A DNA stretch of 64,000 nucleotides, taken from positions 50,592,001-50,656,000 of the forward strand of contig NC_135892.1 in NCBI RefSeq assembly GCF_964194155.1, written 5' to 3'. Shown one piece after another: positions 22,740 to 34,180 of this stretch. The DNA is from Cetorhinus maximus (lineage: Eukaryota). The stretch's first letter is position 1. Each line of letters begins with the position of its first letter. Below the pieces are notes generated by a model. The model was not told where the DNA came from, ran no database searches, and worked only from the letters and a program-made list of their open reading frames with translations. Both the position numbers and the translations under genes were made by a program.

Positions 22740-23975
22740 TGACAAGGCACTGGGACCAGATGAGATGCATCCAAGGATATTGAAGGAAGTGAGAGTAGAA
22801 ATTGCAGGGACACCGGCCATAATCTTTCAGTCTTTCCTAGACTCAGGGGTGGTGCCAGAAGACTAGAGAATTGTAAACGTTACACCCTTGTTCAAAAAGG
22901 GTTGTAAGGATAATTTTCCAGCAATTACAGACCAGTCAGTTTAACTTCAGTGGTGGGCAAGATTCTAGAAACAATTATTCAGGATAGAATTAATAGTCAC
23001 GGAAAAATATGGGTTGATAAGGAAGAGCAAGCATGGATTTCTAAAGGGGAAAGTGTTTAACTAACTTGCTGGAGTTTTTTGAAGAGGTAACAGAAAAGGT
23101 TGATGAGGGTAATGCTGTTGATGTGGTGCAAATGGCTTTGAAATGGCATATGACACAGTGCCACACAAGACAACTTGAGAAAAGTTATTACTCATGGAAT
23201 AAAAGGGACAGCAGCAACGTGGATACAATATTGGCTGAAAAATAGGAAGCAGAGATTAATGGTCAGGCTGGAGGAAGGTTTATAGTGGAGTTCCCCAGGT
23301 GTCGGTATTGGGGCCTTCACTTTTCCTGGTATATATTAATGATCTAGACCTTGGTGTGCAGGGGACAATTTCAAAGTTTATGATATGAAGCTTGGGGGTG
23401 TTGTGAACTGCAAGGAGGATGGTGTGGAACTTCAAGAGGACTTAGACAAGTTGGTGGAGTGGACAGATAGGTGGCAGATGAAGTTCAATGCAGAGAAGTG
23501 TGAGGTGATGCATTTTGGTAGAAATAACATGGGCAGACAATATAAAATAACAGGTGGAATTTTGAAGCGGGTGCAGGAGCAGAAAGACTTGGGTGCATAT
23601 GCGCATAGATCATTGAAGGTGGCAGGACAGGTGAGAGAGCAGTTAATAAAGCATATAGTATCCTGGGCTTCTAATAGGGGTATAGGGTACAAGGGCAGGA
23701 GGTCATGCTGAATTTATAAAAGACCCTTGTTAGACTTCAGCTGGAATATTGTGTACTGTTCTGGGCACCATATTATAGGAACGATGTGAACACATTGGAC
23801 AGAGTGCAGAAGAGGACAAGAATGGTCCCAGGGATGAGAAACTTCAGCTATGAGGATAGATTGGAGGGGTTGGGGCTGTTTTCCTTGGAGGCGAGAAGGC
23901 TGAGAGGAGACTTGATAAAAGTTTTCAAAATCATGAGGGGGCTGGGCAGAATAGATAGGGAGAAGCTGTTCCATG
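22740..23975 (+). mobile_element. CR1 LINE RT fragment
   Basis: MHPRILKE, NYRPVSLTS, WQMKFNAEKCEVMHFG, RLRGDLI motifs with frameshifts. Confidence 0.9.
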
Positions 23976-26338
23976 AGTTCTAACTTTACTGACAAGGTTT
24001 TATGTGGCATTTTATCAAATGCACCTTGGAAGTCCATGTACACCACATCAACTACGTTACCGCCATCAACCTGCTATTACCTCATCAAAAGACTCAAGGG
24101 CAAATCATGTTTAGCTAAACTGCTCAACAAATCCATGCTGACTTTTAGTTAAATCCACACTTGCCCAGGTGGCTGTCAACTTTGCCCCAAATTATTGTTT
24201 CTATATGCTTTTCCATCATCGAGGTTAAACTGACTGGCTTGTAGTTGCTGGGATGATCCTTACTTTTGAACAACGGTGTAACATTTGTAATTCTTCAGTT
24301 CTTTGGGAAACCCCGTATCTAAGTAGGATTGGAAGAATATGGCCAAGGCCTCTACAATCTCCATGCCTACTGTTCTCAGTACCCTTGGATGTATCTGATC
24401 CGGTTCTGGTAACAATTTTTTTTCTTTTTACTATGACTTTGCACCTGTCTTTACAAAGGAAGATGCCAAGTACTCATTTAGTGTCTCAGCTATGCCTCTG
24501 TCTCCACGTGAAAATCCTCTTTTAGGTCCAACTCCTTTTACCACCCTTTTACTATTTACATGCTTAAAGGTGACTTTTGGATTTCCTTTTGTATTGGGTG
24601 TCAGTCTTCTCTCAACTTTCTCTTTGCTTCTCTTGATTTTTCACTTCCCCTCTGAACCATCTATAGTCAGCCTGGTACTCGTATCATCCACCTAATATCT
24701 GTTAAATGCATCCTTTTTCTGCTTCATCTTGCCCTTACTTCTGTCATTCAGGGAATTTTGCATTTGTTTGGCGTGGCTTTTGCCTCATCGGAATGTACCT
24801 GAACTGTACCTGACCAATCTCCTCTTTAAAGGCAGCCCATTGTTCCTTTTCCAGTTTTGCAAGCCAATCCTGGATTCCAATTTAGCTGAGTAAGCTCCTT
24901 GTCCTTTTCCAAAGCTAACCTTTATGATACTATGGTCACTGTTCCTTAAATATTCCCCTACTGACATTTGATCCATTTGACATACCTCATTCTGCAGAAC
25001 CAGATCCAGCAATGCCTCTTTTCTTATTGGATTGGAAACTTGATGTAAAAAAAAATTCTCCTGAACTCTCAGAAATTTTTTGCCTCTCTTTGCCCTTTAC
25101 AACCATCTTCCTGGAGTCATACCTAGCACAAAGGAAGATGGTTGTGGTTGTTGGAGGTCAATCATCTCAGTTCCAGGACAACACTGCAGGAGTTCCTTAG
25201 GTTATTGTCCTAGGCCCAACCATCTTCAGCTGCTTCATCAATGACCTTCCTTCCATCATAAAGGTCAGAACTGGGGATGTTTGCTTATTATTGCACAATG
25301 TTCAGCACCATTCTCAATGTATCAGATACTGCAGCAGTCCATATCCAAATGCAGCAAGACCTGGACAATATCCAGCCTTGGGCTGACAGGTAGCAAGTAA
25401 CATTCACACCACACAAGTGCCAGGCAATGACCATCTCCAACAAAAATGAATCTAACCATCACCCCTTGATTTTCATTGCCATCGCTGAATCCTTCACTAA
25501 CATCCTGGGGGTTACCATCGAGCAGAAACTGAACTGGACTAGTCATATAAATACTGTGGCTACATGAGCAGGTCAGAGACGAGGAATCCTGCAAGTAACT
25601 CACCTGACTCCCCAAAGCTTGTCCACCACATACAAGGCACAAGTCAGGAGTGTGATGGAATACTCTCCACTTGCCTGGATGGGTGCAGCTCCAACAACAC
25701 AAGCAGCTTGATACCATCCAAGGCAAAGCAGCCTGCATGATTGGCACCCCATCCACAAATATTCACTCCACCACCAATGCACAATAGCAGCAGTGTGTAC
25801 CATATACAAGGTGCACTGCAGAAACTCAGCAAGCTACCTTAGTCAGCACCTTCCAAACTCATGACTGCTACCATCTAGAAGGGCATGGGAACACCACCAC
25901 CTGGAAGTTCCCCTCCAAGCCATTCACCATTCTGACTTGGGAATATATCACTGTTCTTTCACAATCGCTGGGACAAAATCCTGGAACTTCCTCCTTAACA
26001 GGAGTTTATAGATTGTTTTTGGGATACTTTCTTAGAACAGCATTTTCTGGAGCCAACCAGAGGGCAGGCTATACTAGACCTGGTATTGTGCAACAAGATA
26101 GGATTAATTAATCTCATAGTGAAGGCACCCCTACATAGCAGCGATCATGATTGAATTTTACTAAAATTATGAGGGAGACTAGTGCGTCCAAGACTAACAT
26201 TTTAAACTTAAATAGGGGCAATTATGAGGGCATGAAAGCAGAGCTAGCTAAAGTGAACTGACAAATGAGGTTAAGGGATAGGTCAATAGAGGTTCAGTGG
26301 CAGACATTTAAAGGGATATTTTAGAATACACAGAATAG

Positions 26339-27292
26339 TGTGAATATGGATGTTATCTTTTAAATTTAGGAATATGGTGGCATTCTGTAAAGAAGGCTGA
26401 GAGTGTGTGTATGTAATTAAATTGGGGGAAGGTTAGTAAAAATAGCTTGTCCGTAGGAACAGAGAGATGACAGGTAAAAGTGCGATATGCTTGCATTTGT
26501 AATGAGAGGCTGTGGTGAAGTTGAATGCACAAGTAAATAGGTTTGGTTTGAAATTTGCATTATAAGTAGGAACTTGACTTTTCAGCTGTTAAATTTCAAA
26601 GGAAGTTTAAAAGTGGCAAGGGGCTGTTACAACTTACAAAGGTTTCATAATAAACAAGGGAAAGTTACTAAATTTTATTTTACCCAAATGTGGATGCAAT
26701 AGGAAAATGAAAGATTTTTATATTTTGGGAAAATTGAGTTCAGAGGTGTTTAGAATAATGGAGTCTAGGATCAAAGGGGAAAGGGATATTTAAGAAAATA
26801 CATTTAGTCGAGCTGTGCTGGCTGTGTGGGGGAGGTGTCCCGAGATCAGCTCTGTGCTGTGAAAAATTGAGAATTTAAAGCAGCCATCCAGTTTCAAGCC
26901 AGGGAAGTCTTGATTTTCAGAGAGCAGTCTATTCCTGAACTTCTTTTGTTTTTTTTCCAAACAGCAGAGTGGAAGTGAGAAGTTTGAGAGGTATGCTTTA
27001 TTGAAGTAGCAGCAGATTTTGCCTTGGGTGATATTACTGGATTTTTATGATTAAAACCTATAAAGGGAGCTGTTGCCTAGTAGTTTACTTGTATGGTCTG
27101 ACCAAGTGAGATTCTTGCTAATAAAGCTTTTAATTTTAAAAGCTTAAAAAAGTGTCACTGAGAATCTATACTTCTGGGCTTAGTAGTTTTCCCCTCGTTT
27201 TTAAAATACAAAAAAAAAGTTATGATCAGTAAGACAAGTTTCCCTCTGGGATCTGGCTTGTTCAGTGAATAACACCAGCTGCGGTCGTAACA
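26339..27292 (+). mobile_element. Solo LTR (954 bp)
   Basis: TGTGAA...CGTAACA termini; TSD atag/acag; CR1 reads cagaatag|atacattcc across it; AATAAA at 27120-27125. Confidence 0.85.
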
Positions 27293-28904
27293 ACAGATAC
27301 ATTCCAATGAGAACAAAAAATTCCAAGGAGGGGGCCCACCATCCATGTTTAACTGAAAAAAAGTTAAACAGTATCAAACTTAAAGAAAAAGTATATAATT
27401 GCACAAAGACGGGTGGTAGGTCAGAAGATTGGAGAAGACAAAGAACAGCAAAAAAATGACAAAAAGATTAATAAAGAGGGAAAAATTAGAGTACGAGAGA
27501 AAGCTAGCTAGTAATAAGGACCAATAGTAAGAGTTTCTGTAGATATTTAAGTAAGAAAAGCGTTAACAAATTGAGATTTGGTCCTATAGAAAAGTGTGCT
27601 GGGGGAATTGATAATGGAAAATAGGGAGATGGTGGATGAATTAAACAGGTATTTTGCATCGGTCTTCACTATGGAGGCCACAAGTAACATCCCGGAAATA
27701 GCTGTAAATCGGGAAATTGAAGGGAGGGAGGAATTCAGGAAAATTACAATCATCAGGAAAGTGGAATCGAGCAAATTGTTGGGGCTGCGGCCTGACAAAT
27801 CCCTGGATTTGGATGGACTTCACCCCAAGGTCTTGAAAGAAGTGGCTAATAAGATAGTTGATGCATTGATTTTAATTTTCCAAAATTCCCTAGATTCAGG
27901 GAGAGAGAGAGCAGGAAACTACAGGCCAGTTAGCCTAACATCTGTCATAGGGAAAATGTTAGAAGCTATTAAAAGGGATGTTATAGCAGGGCACTTGGAA
28001 AAATTCATGGCAATCAGGCAGAGTCAACATGGTTTTATGAAAGGGAAATCCTGTTTAACCAATTTATTGAAGTTCTTTGAAGGGGTCACATGTGCTGTGG
28101 ATAAAGGGGAACCGATGGATGTACTGTAGTTAGATTTCCAGAAGGAATTTGATAAGGTGTCACATCAAAGGTTATTGCGGAAAATAAGAGCTCATGGTAT
28201 AGGGGGTAACATATTGGCATGGATAGAAAATTGGCTAGCTAACAGAAAGCAGAGGGTTCGCATAATTGGATCTTTTTCTAGTTGGCAGGATGTGACGGGT
28301 GGTGTGCACAGAGTTCAGTGCTGGGGCGTCAATTTTTTTACAATTTATATAAATGACTTGGATGAAGGAACTGAAGGTATAGTTGCTAAATTTGCTGATG
28401 ACACAAAGATAGATAGGAAAGTAAATTGTGAAGAGGACATAAGGAGGCTACAGGAGGGGCATAGATAGGTTAAGTGAGTGACAAATATCTGGCAAATGGA
28501 GTATAATATGGGCAAGTATGAAATTGTCCATTTTGGCAGGAAGAATAAAAAATAGTGCATGAGTCACAAAAGGCTAATATGCAGGTACAGCAAGTAATTA
28601 GGAAAGCTTATTACAGTGTTATAATTTGAGGGAAATTGATTACAAAAATAGGGAGGTTATGCTTCACTTGTGCAGGGCACTGGTAAGACCACATTTGGAG
28701 TACTGTGTACAGTATCGGTCTCCTTATTTAAGAAAAGATGTAAAATGCATTAGCAGCTCAGAGGTGGTTTACTGGACTAATACCAGGAATAGGCAGGCTG
28801 TCTTATGAGGAATGGTTGGACAGGTTAGACTTGTATCCACTGGAGTCAAGAAGAGTAAGAGGTGACTTGATCGAAATATACAAGGTCCTGAGGAGTCTTG
28901 ATAG

Positions 28905-29809
28905 TGTCACAAAACTATAATATTTTTCATATTATTGTAAGCTTATGGGTGGGAGTGTGGATTGTTCTGTGTGGCTGATTTAATTGAATTAGATGCAGGT
29001 AGACTGCAAGATTGAAATTATCAAAAGAGTTAGGTGTAAAGCAGACTGTTGAAATAGAGATGGGCAAGCAAAGATGAGGGTGCCACAAATAAGGTGTGAA
29101 TGAAATTTGCATTTTTAGATAATTGATGTTGATTTTCAAAGGGATGGTAGGATGTTTACAATTAACAAGATAAATAGGGCAAGGTTATTTTTCCCAAAAA
29201 GGAAAGAGGCCATATTGACATGAAATATTTTTAGATTATGGGAAAAGTAAATTTCCAAAGACATGTAGAACATTGGGATTTTACACATTAAAGAGAAAGA
29301 AACATATATAAAAGAAGGATGGAAGGCTATGTAGAGGTGTGGCCGTGTAACATTTTGAAAGGTACTGTGTAAAGCAGCCTTGGGGAAAAGCCTCTAGCCA
29401 CTTTTGCAGAAGTCTGCTGTGTCCAGTAACCAAAGTTGTGTTAAAAAGCCTTTGGAATTCCAAGGTCGAGTGGGTGCTGTGGTAACCTTGCTGGATTGCC
29501 TGTTTAAATTTAAAATCTATTTTGGGCCGTTGCCTTAAAGGGGGTGTGTAGTTGAGTGTCAGATTAATTATGAATTTTGGGATTCGTTATAATATCAAAT
29601 AACTGTAATCTTATATAGGTGTTTGAATTCTTTCCTTTTGTTAATAAATGTTTCAATTTTAATTTTTAAAATCACTAAAGAACTCACTACTTCTGAAGTC
29701 AGTGCACAACTCTTGTAATAAATACAAATCGCAAAACCGTGCAATAGCGTGGCCAAGTTTCCTTTGTGGATTCGGTTCGTCTGGCACATATCGCCTGTCA
29801 CATCATATA
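28905..29809 (+). mobile_element. Solo LTR (~905 bp), related to 26339-27292
   Basis: Starts TGTCAC; CR1 reads cttgatag|ggtggat across it; shares blocks with the other LTR (aaatttgcatt, aataaa..aattttaaaa, caagtttcc...ggat). 3' terminus degenerate. Confidence 0.75.
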
Positions 29810-31704
29810 ACAGGGTGGATGTGGAGAGGATGTCTGCTCTTGTGGGGGAAATCTAGAACTAGGGGTCACTGTTTGAAAATAAGGGGTCACTCATTTAAGA
29901 CAGAGAAGGAGAATTTTTTTCTCAGAAGGTTGCATGTCTTTGGAATTCTCTTCCTGAAAAAGGTGATGGAAAGGTCTTTCAATATTTTTACGGCAGAGCC
30001 AGATGGATCCTTGATTAACAAGGGGGTGAAAGGTTTTCAGGGATAGGCAGGAACGTGAGATTGAGGTTACAATCAGGTCAGCCATGATCTTGTTGAATGG
30101 TGGAGCAGGTTCGAAGAGCCGAGTGACCTACTATTGCTCCTAATTTGTATGCTCATATGTTCACTGTGGATGTACATCACATGGACACAGTCGTTCAAGA
30201 AGGCAGCTCATCAACACCTTCTCAAAAGGGCAATTAGGGATGGGCAATAAATGCTGGCCTAGCCAGCAATGCCCACATCCCATGAATTAAAAACATTATC
30301 CTAACATAGACTGGGATAGTAAAAGTCCCCCATTATAACTACTCTATAATTCTTGCACTTCTCCAACTTCCTTGCAAATTTGTTCCTCTATGTATCTTTC
30401 CATTAGTTGGTGAGCATTTCCTTTTTAATATTTGCACCTCTCTCCTTTCCCAACCAGAACAACAGAGTTGGCAGTCAGCTTTCGATCTTTGCCAGTCACA
30501 ACTAGTGGCCAATTAGAGATTAGAAGCAGCTTTGGTTCCAGGTTTGAAAAGGGGCATGTTTTCCAGACCCAGGGGGGGGAGTTGTGGTTCCTGACACTCT
30601 GTGGAGTTTTGACTTGAGTTTACAGCTTTTTCTTTCGCCTTGCCAAAATTTCCCTGCTCAGATCCCAGTCTGATTGACAGGCTAGACTCCATTGGGCAGG
30701 GAATGCTCCGAAGATCGCAGCTCAGGAGCAGGTAGGGAACCTGGAAGATAAGGTTTTATTGGTGAGGTTTGTTGCCTGTACCCCATCATGACTCCATTAC
30801 AACCAGATATGGGCAGGTCAGAGATTTTAAAAATATATATATTCACATTTCACTTGACTGAAACCCACCTGCTTGTGGGTTAAAACTCTCCCCCCACCCC
30901 ACCAAGTACCACTATGATTCTCCTTCCTGCCTACTTGATCCTATCTCATGATTGCTTGGCTAGAAATTTTTCCACACAGAGAACCAACATGCTAGTAGGT
31001 GGCATGATGCTTGTTAAATTTGCGAAGAGCTGATTCCATGGTCCACCACTCCCAATACAAAATGAATGGAAAAATCAGGCGCTGCAGGCTCTTTTATTTC
31101 ACAGCCAATGTCCTGTGGTATCAGTTCCAGTAGTTCACCTGGTTGTCCTTGCAATCTGGAATTTTTAGCCATTAACAGTGAAAAGCACTAACACATAAAA
31201 ATTATTCACTCTTCCACTAGGTAATTATTCTTTGGCAAGAATACTATCTCAGTATAAATTTGTCCAGCACTCTTGATCCTGTATATTATTTGAACAAGCC
31301 AAGATTTCACGACATCTACAAACAGGTTAATCAGTCCTCCACAAAATCGCATCTTGAGCAGCAAAGGAAACCTTCTGTCATTCCCTGAAGTTTGGTTTAG
31401 GCTGGCAAGATTTGTCAAGTGTAGTACTTAACGTATCTATACTGTTTTAGTCCAGATTCTGAAATCAAAGATCAGCGTTCATGAGCAAGCTCTTGGCGAA
31501 TAGTGCTAAATCTGGCTCCTCTGTGTGCAGACTCAAGCCCAGTTTCTCATTGGTCTATGCTGGATGCTAGTTTATGGACAGCAACCTTCCAGATTTCAAA
31601 ACCATAAGACAAAAACAGAGTGTTAATGGAGACTGGGGTTCAAATTTTAACCATCTAATTGGAGGGTTAATTCTCCACAGGAAGTTCAGTTATGACTAAA
31701 TTTT

Positions 31705-31819
31705 ACAATACACAAAACACGTAATAAGTTTTTAAAGTTTTTTTTACTCTTTAAGGTTTTTTTTATATACAGTAAATACAAAAATATTCTTTCAAATACA
31801 TATAGATTTTAGGCCTACA
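31705..31819 (-). terminator. PAPOLG: Putative non-canonical poly(A) site of PAPOLG
   Basis: Four UGUA (31768, 31777, 31797, 31816), then an A-rich tract with UAUAAA (31762-31767) and AAAGAGUAAA (AGUAAA 31743-31748), then GU-rich GUGUUUUGUGUAUUGU. I found no AAUAAA/AUUAAA between here and the stop codon. Confidence 0.6.
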
Positions 31820-31957
31820 AAACAATCAACTGAATGCACTGGAAAATGTAAATCACAGTGACAATGAAGTTACAGCAGAAAACAGGCAATTTTAGGCAAT
31901 TACTAAACTTTTCATTCTGCTTTGTAGACATTTATATGCAGTGCTATATATACACTC

Positions 31958-31987
31958 ACACACACACACACACGCGCGCACACACAC
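31958..31987. repeat. (CA)n microsatellite in the PAPOLG 3'UTR
   Basis: cacacacacacacacacgcgcgcacacacac. Confidence 0.85.
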
Positions 31988-32754
31988 TAGAAAAATCAGC
32001 AGACTTGTCATTGGCCATTAGAAATAATCAAAAACAATTGCCTGTAAATGCTTTCCTGAATAGTGATGCAATTCTCCAACTGTAAAGATTTTAACCTCAA
32101 AACCCTATACCAATAACTAAAATAGACTACATATTTTTTGTTTTTTGTTATATACACAAAACAATGGAGGAGGTGGGGGAGGGGGGGGTGCGGTTAACAT
32201 AAAAATACATCACAGGACAAGTTTTTTTGTTATTTTACAATTATTAAAATTACATATCAGCCTTTTGAAAAGAACTGTCAATGCAATACTGATTTTTTTT
32301 CAATAAAAGGCTGTTCACAAGTATTTACACACATACAATGCATAATTCAGGGCAAAGAGACAAATGTGTCCAGGACACTGGTTGATCTACATGGCCAGAT
32401 GCTATTCCATCCATTTAAGGCTTTGATTTTCTCCTCCCTCCTTTCTCATTTTCTAAAAAAAGGCCTCAAGTTTATGGACATCGCTGGTTAACCAGCAGAG
32501 TCAGTCATCAGTACGTATATACTTTGAAGAAGTGTAAACCAAAACATACTTCTGGTACTTCTAGCATCTGGTCTGCAAAATGTATAGTGGAGTAGATTTG
32601 ACCAACCCACCTTCTGGCTTCAACACCAAGTCAGGGTAACAATTACATAGAAGGGCTCCACTTTTCATGTCAAGGTAAATTTTAACAAAACACAACTGAC
32701 ATGCTTGAATGGTTTAAGAATTACAAATTACATTTACCTGACAAGATAGAGATG

Positions 32755-32853
32755 CTACCGATTAAGGGTTAGTCTGATGGAATTTTTTATGACACGTATG
32801 CTACTCGTGGGGACTGGAGATGATGCATCTGGCAGCTCCTTGCTAGGTAGTCT
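32755..32853 (-). CDS. PAPOLG: Poly(A) polymerase gamma, last coding exon (human exon 22 equivalent)
   Basis: ttacag|RLPSKELPDASSPVPTSSIRVIKNSIRLTLNR-TAG matches the PAPOLG C-terminus. Confidence 0.97.
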   Translation of the reverse strand, partial: RLPSKELPDASSPVPTSSIRVIKNSIRLTLNR

Positions 32854-33073
32854 CTGTAAAAAAAGAAGCAGCACCAAAACAAGGACAGAAAGAAGCATGT
32901 TAAATTGCACTTGTTAAAGATGAGTTCTAGAAGTACAAGAGATTTTTTTTAAAAAAAAACTTAAGAGTGAAAATCATTCTAGCTCCCTTAAAGAATCTTC
33001 AGAAAGTTTTGAGTGCAGACATTACTCGTAGAATCATCGTTTCCTGTGAAGAAAGAGATTTAATAGGTGGTAC

Positions 33074-33130
33074 CTGTGATCTTGTATCAATTGTTGGAAT
33101 GGGCATGGATTTCACTTCTCCGTGGCTGTC
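33074..33130 (-). CDS. PAPOLG: PAPOLG exon 21
   Basis: ag|DSHGEVKSMPIPTIDTRSQ|gt; SMPIPTIDT is PAPOLG-specific; phase 0/0. Confidence 0.95.
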
Positions 33131-34090
33131 CTGTTACATACAGACAACAATTTAATCAATTGAAGCAAAACAAATTTCAGATAGGTGAAACCTCTCCCCC
33201 CCACTATACAAAACGTGCAAATTTGATTGTTTTAAAAGAATCAAAGTGCATGGAAACAATTTATTACATTCAGTGCGCTGATACTATTACTTGAAATGAC
33301 AAACAATTGAACCAGACATTGTAAGGGAGCTGAATATCCACTGATACATCTGGGGTATTCCAGCTATTTGTTGTATTGAAAGTTAGCCTCCAATCACTCA
33401 GATTGGTGCTAGCTGCGACAACAGGTAAAATGCTGCACAACAAACATTTCCCTATAGGGGAACAGAGCCGCAACAGAAAAATGTGCATATAAATGTCACT
33501 TAATTCTTGTTGATCAACCTAAGTCAACATAACAGTGAAATTAAATATAAAGCTGCAAACAAGTTTCTTTATACCTGCATAAATTCTTGTATAAGTCTAA
33601 AACACTAGGGTACAGACTGTAAAATGCAGTATAGAAAGCAAGATTACAAGAGCAACATCTTGCACAAACTGCCTTTCATGCAGAAGACATGCCATTGGTA
33701 TAGCTATTGGGTACTGCGAACGGGCACATTAACACTTCTCCATAACTCCTGCCAATACATACTGTCTTCAGGAATATTCTACACAGGCAGGATGTTAAAT
33801 ATAAAATATTTCAATTAATTCAAATATTTAATTAATATTAACTTTTAACATTAGATTTAATAATGATAATCAAGCTGGGGAGGGGACTGAATTTATAAGA
33901 GGGGACTGAATTTACAAGAGGGAGGACTACAGATAAATGAACTAATATTTACTGACAGGTTCACCAGTTTAAGGGTAAAGCTGTACAGTCTTAGGTGCTA
34001 GTGAATGGTCCCTTTAAACCAGTGAGAAATGAACACCCACAGTCACCATGAACACCCTTGTAGTCAACCTTCAGCTGTGGTTACCACTAC

Positions 34091-34180
34091 CTGTCCATCT
34101 TTCTGAGATTTCTGTCCGTCCTCTTCATTTGATGAACAGGGTTGTTTAAAAGCAGAATCATCTGGCTCAATGGCACACAT
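34091..34180 (-). CDS. PAPOLG: PAPOLG exon 20
   Basis: ttccag|MCAIEPDDSAFKQPCSSNEEDGQKSQKDGQ|gt; phase 0/0, correct position, S.FK.P core; weaker similarity than other exons. Confidence 0.8.

Larger units (their letters stand above)
26002..30161 (+). mobile_element. 5'-truncated CR1 LINE (ORF2) carrying two solo LTR insertions
   Basis: ILDLVLCN, LNRYFASVFT, NYRPVSLTS, QHGF.KGKSCLTNL, KFADDTK motifs; 3'UTR ends tatgctcatatgtt at 30161. Confidence 0.92.
25101..30292 (+). mobile_element. Second-family LINE, 5'-truncated (25101-26001 and 30162-30292), split by a CR1
   Basis: AGVP.G.VLGPTIFSCFINDLP RT motif and YKAQVRSVMEYSPLAW; cttaacag|cactgtgg rejoins across the insert; family tail at 30228-30292. 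Confidence 0.85.
23978..30415 (-). mobile_element. CR1 ORF2 fragment (23978-25100 and 30293-30415) split by nested insertions
   Basis: VYMDFQGAFDKMPH back to LDLVL..SDH endonuclease region; the endonuclease sequence resumes after 30292. Confidence 0.75.

Noticed and set aside
22210-23975. Twin-priming 5' inversion of one CR1
   Set aside because: The two oppositely oriented pieces overlap in ORF2 coverage and differ in sequence, so they are separate insertions.
26339-29809. One LTR retrotransposon with two LTRs and an internal RT
   Set aside because: The interior is CR1 RT colinear with the outside flanks, the LTRs are diverged, each has its own target duplication, and no PBS/PPT is visible.
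31206-31620. Extra coding exon downstream of PAPOLG
   Set aside because: No recognisable peptide or consistent splice sites.
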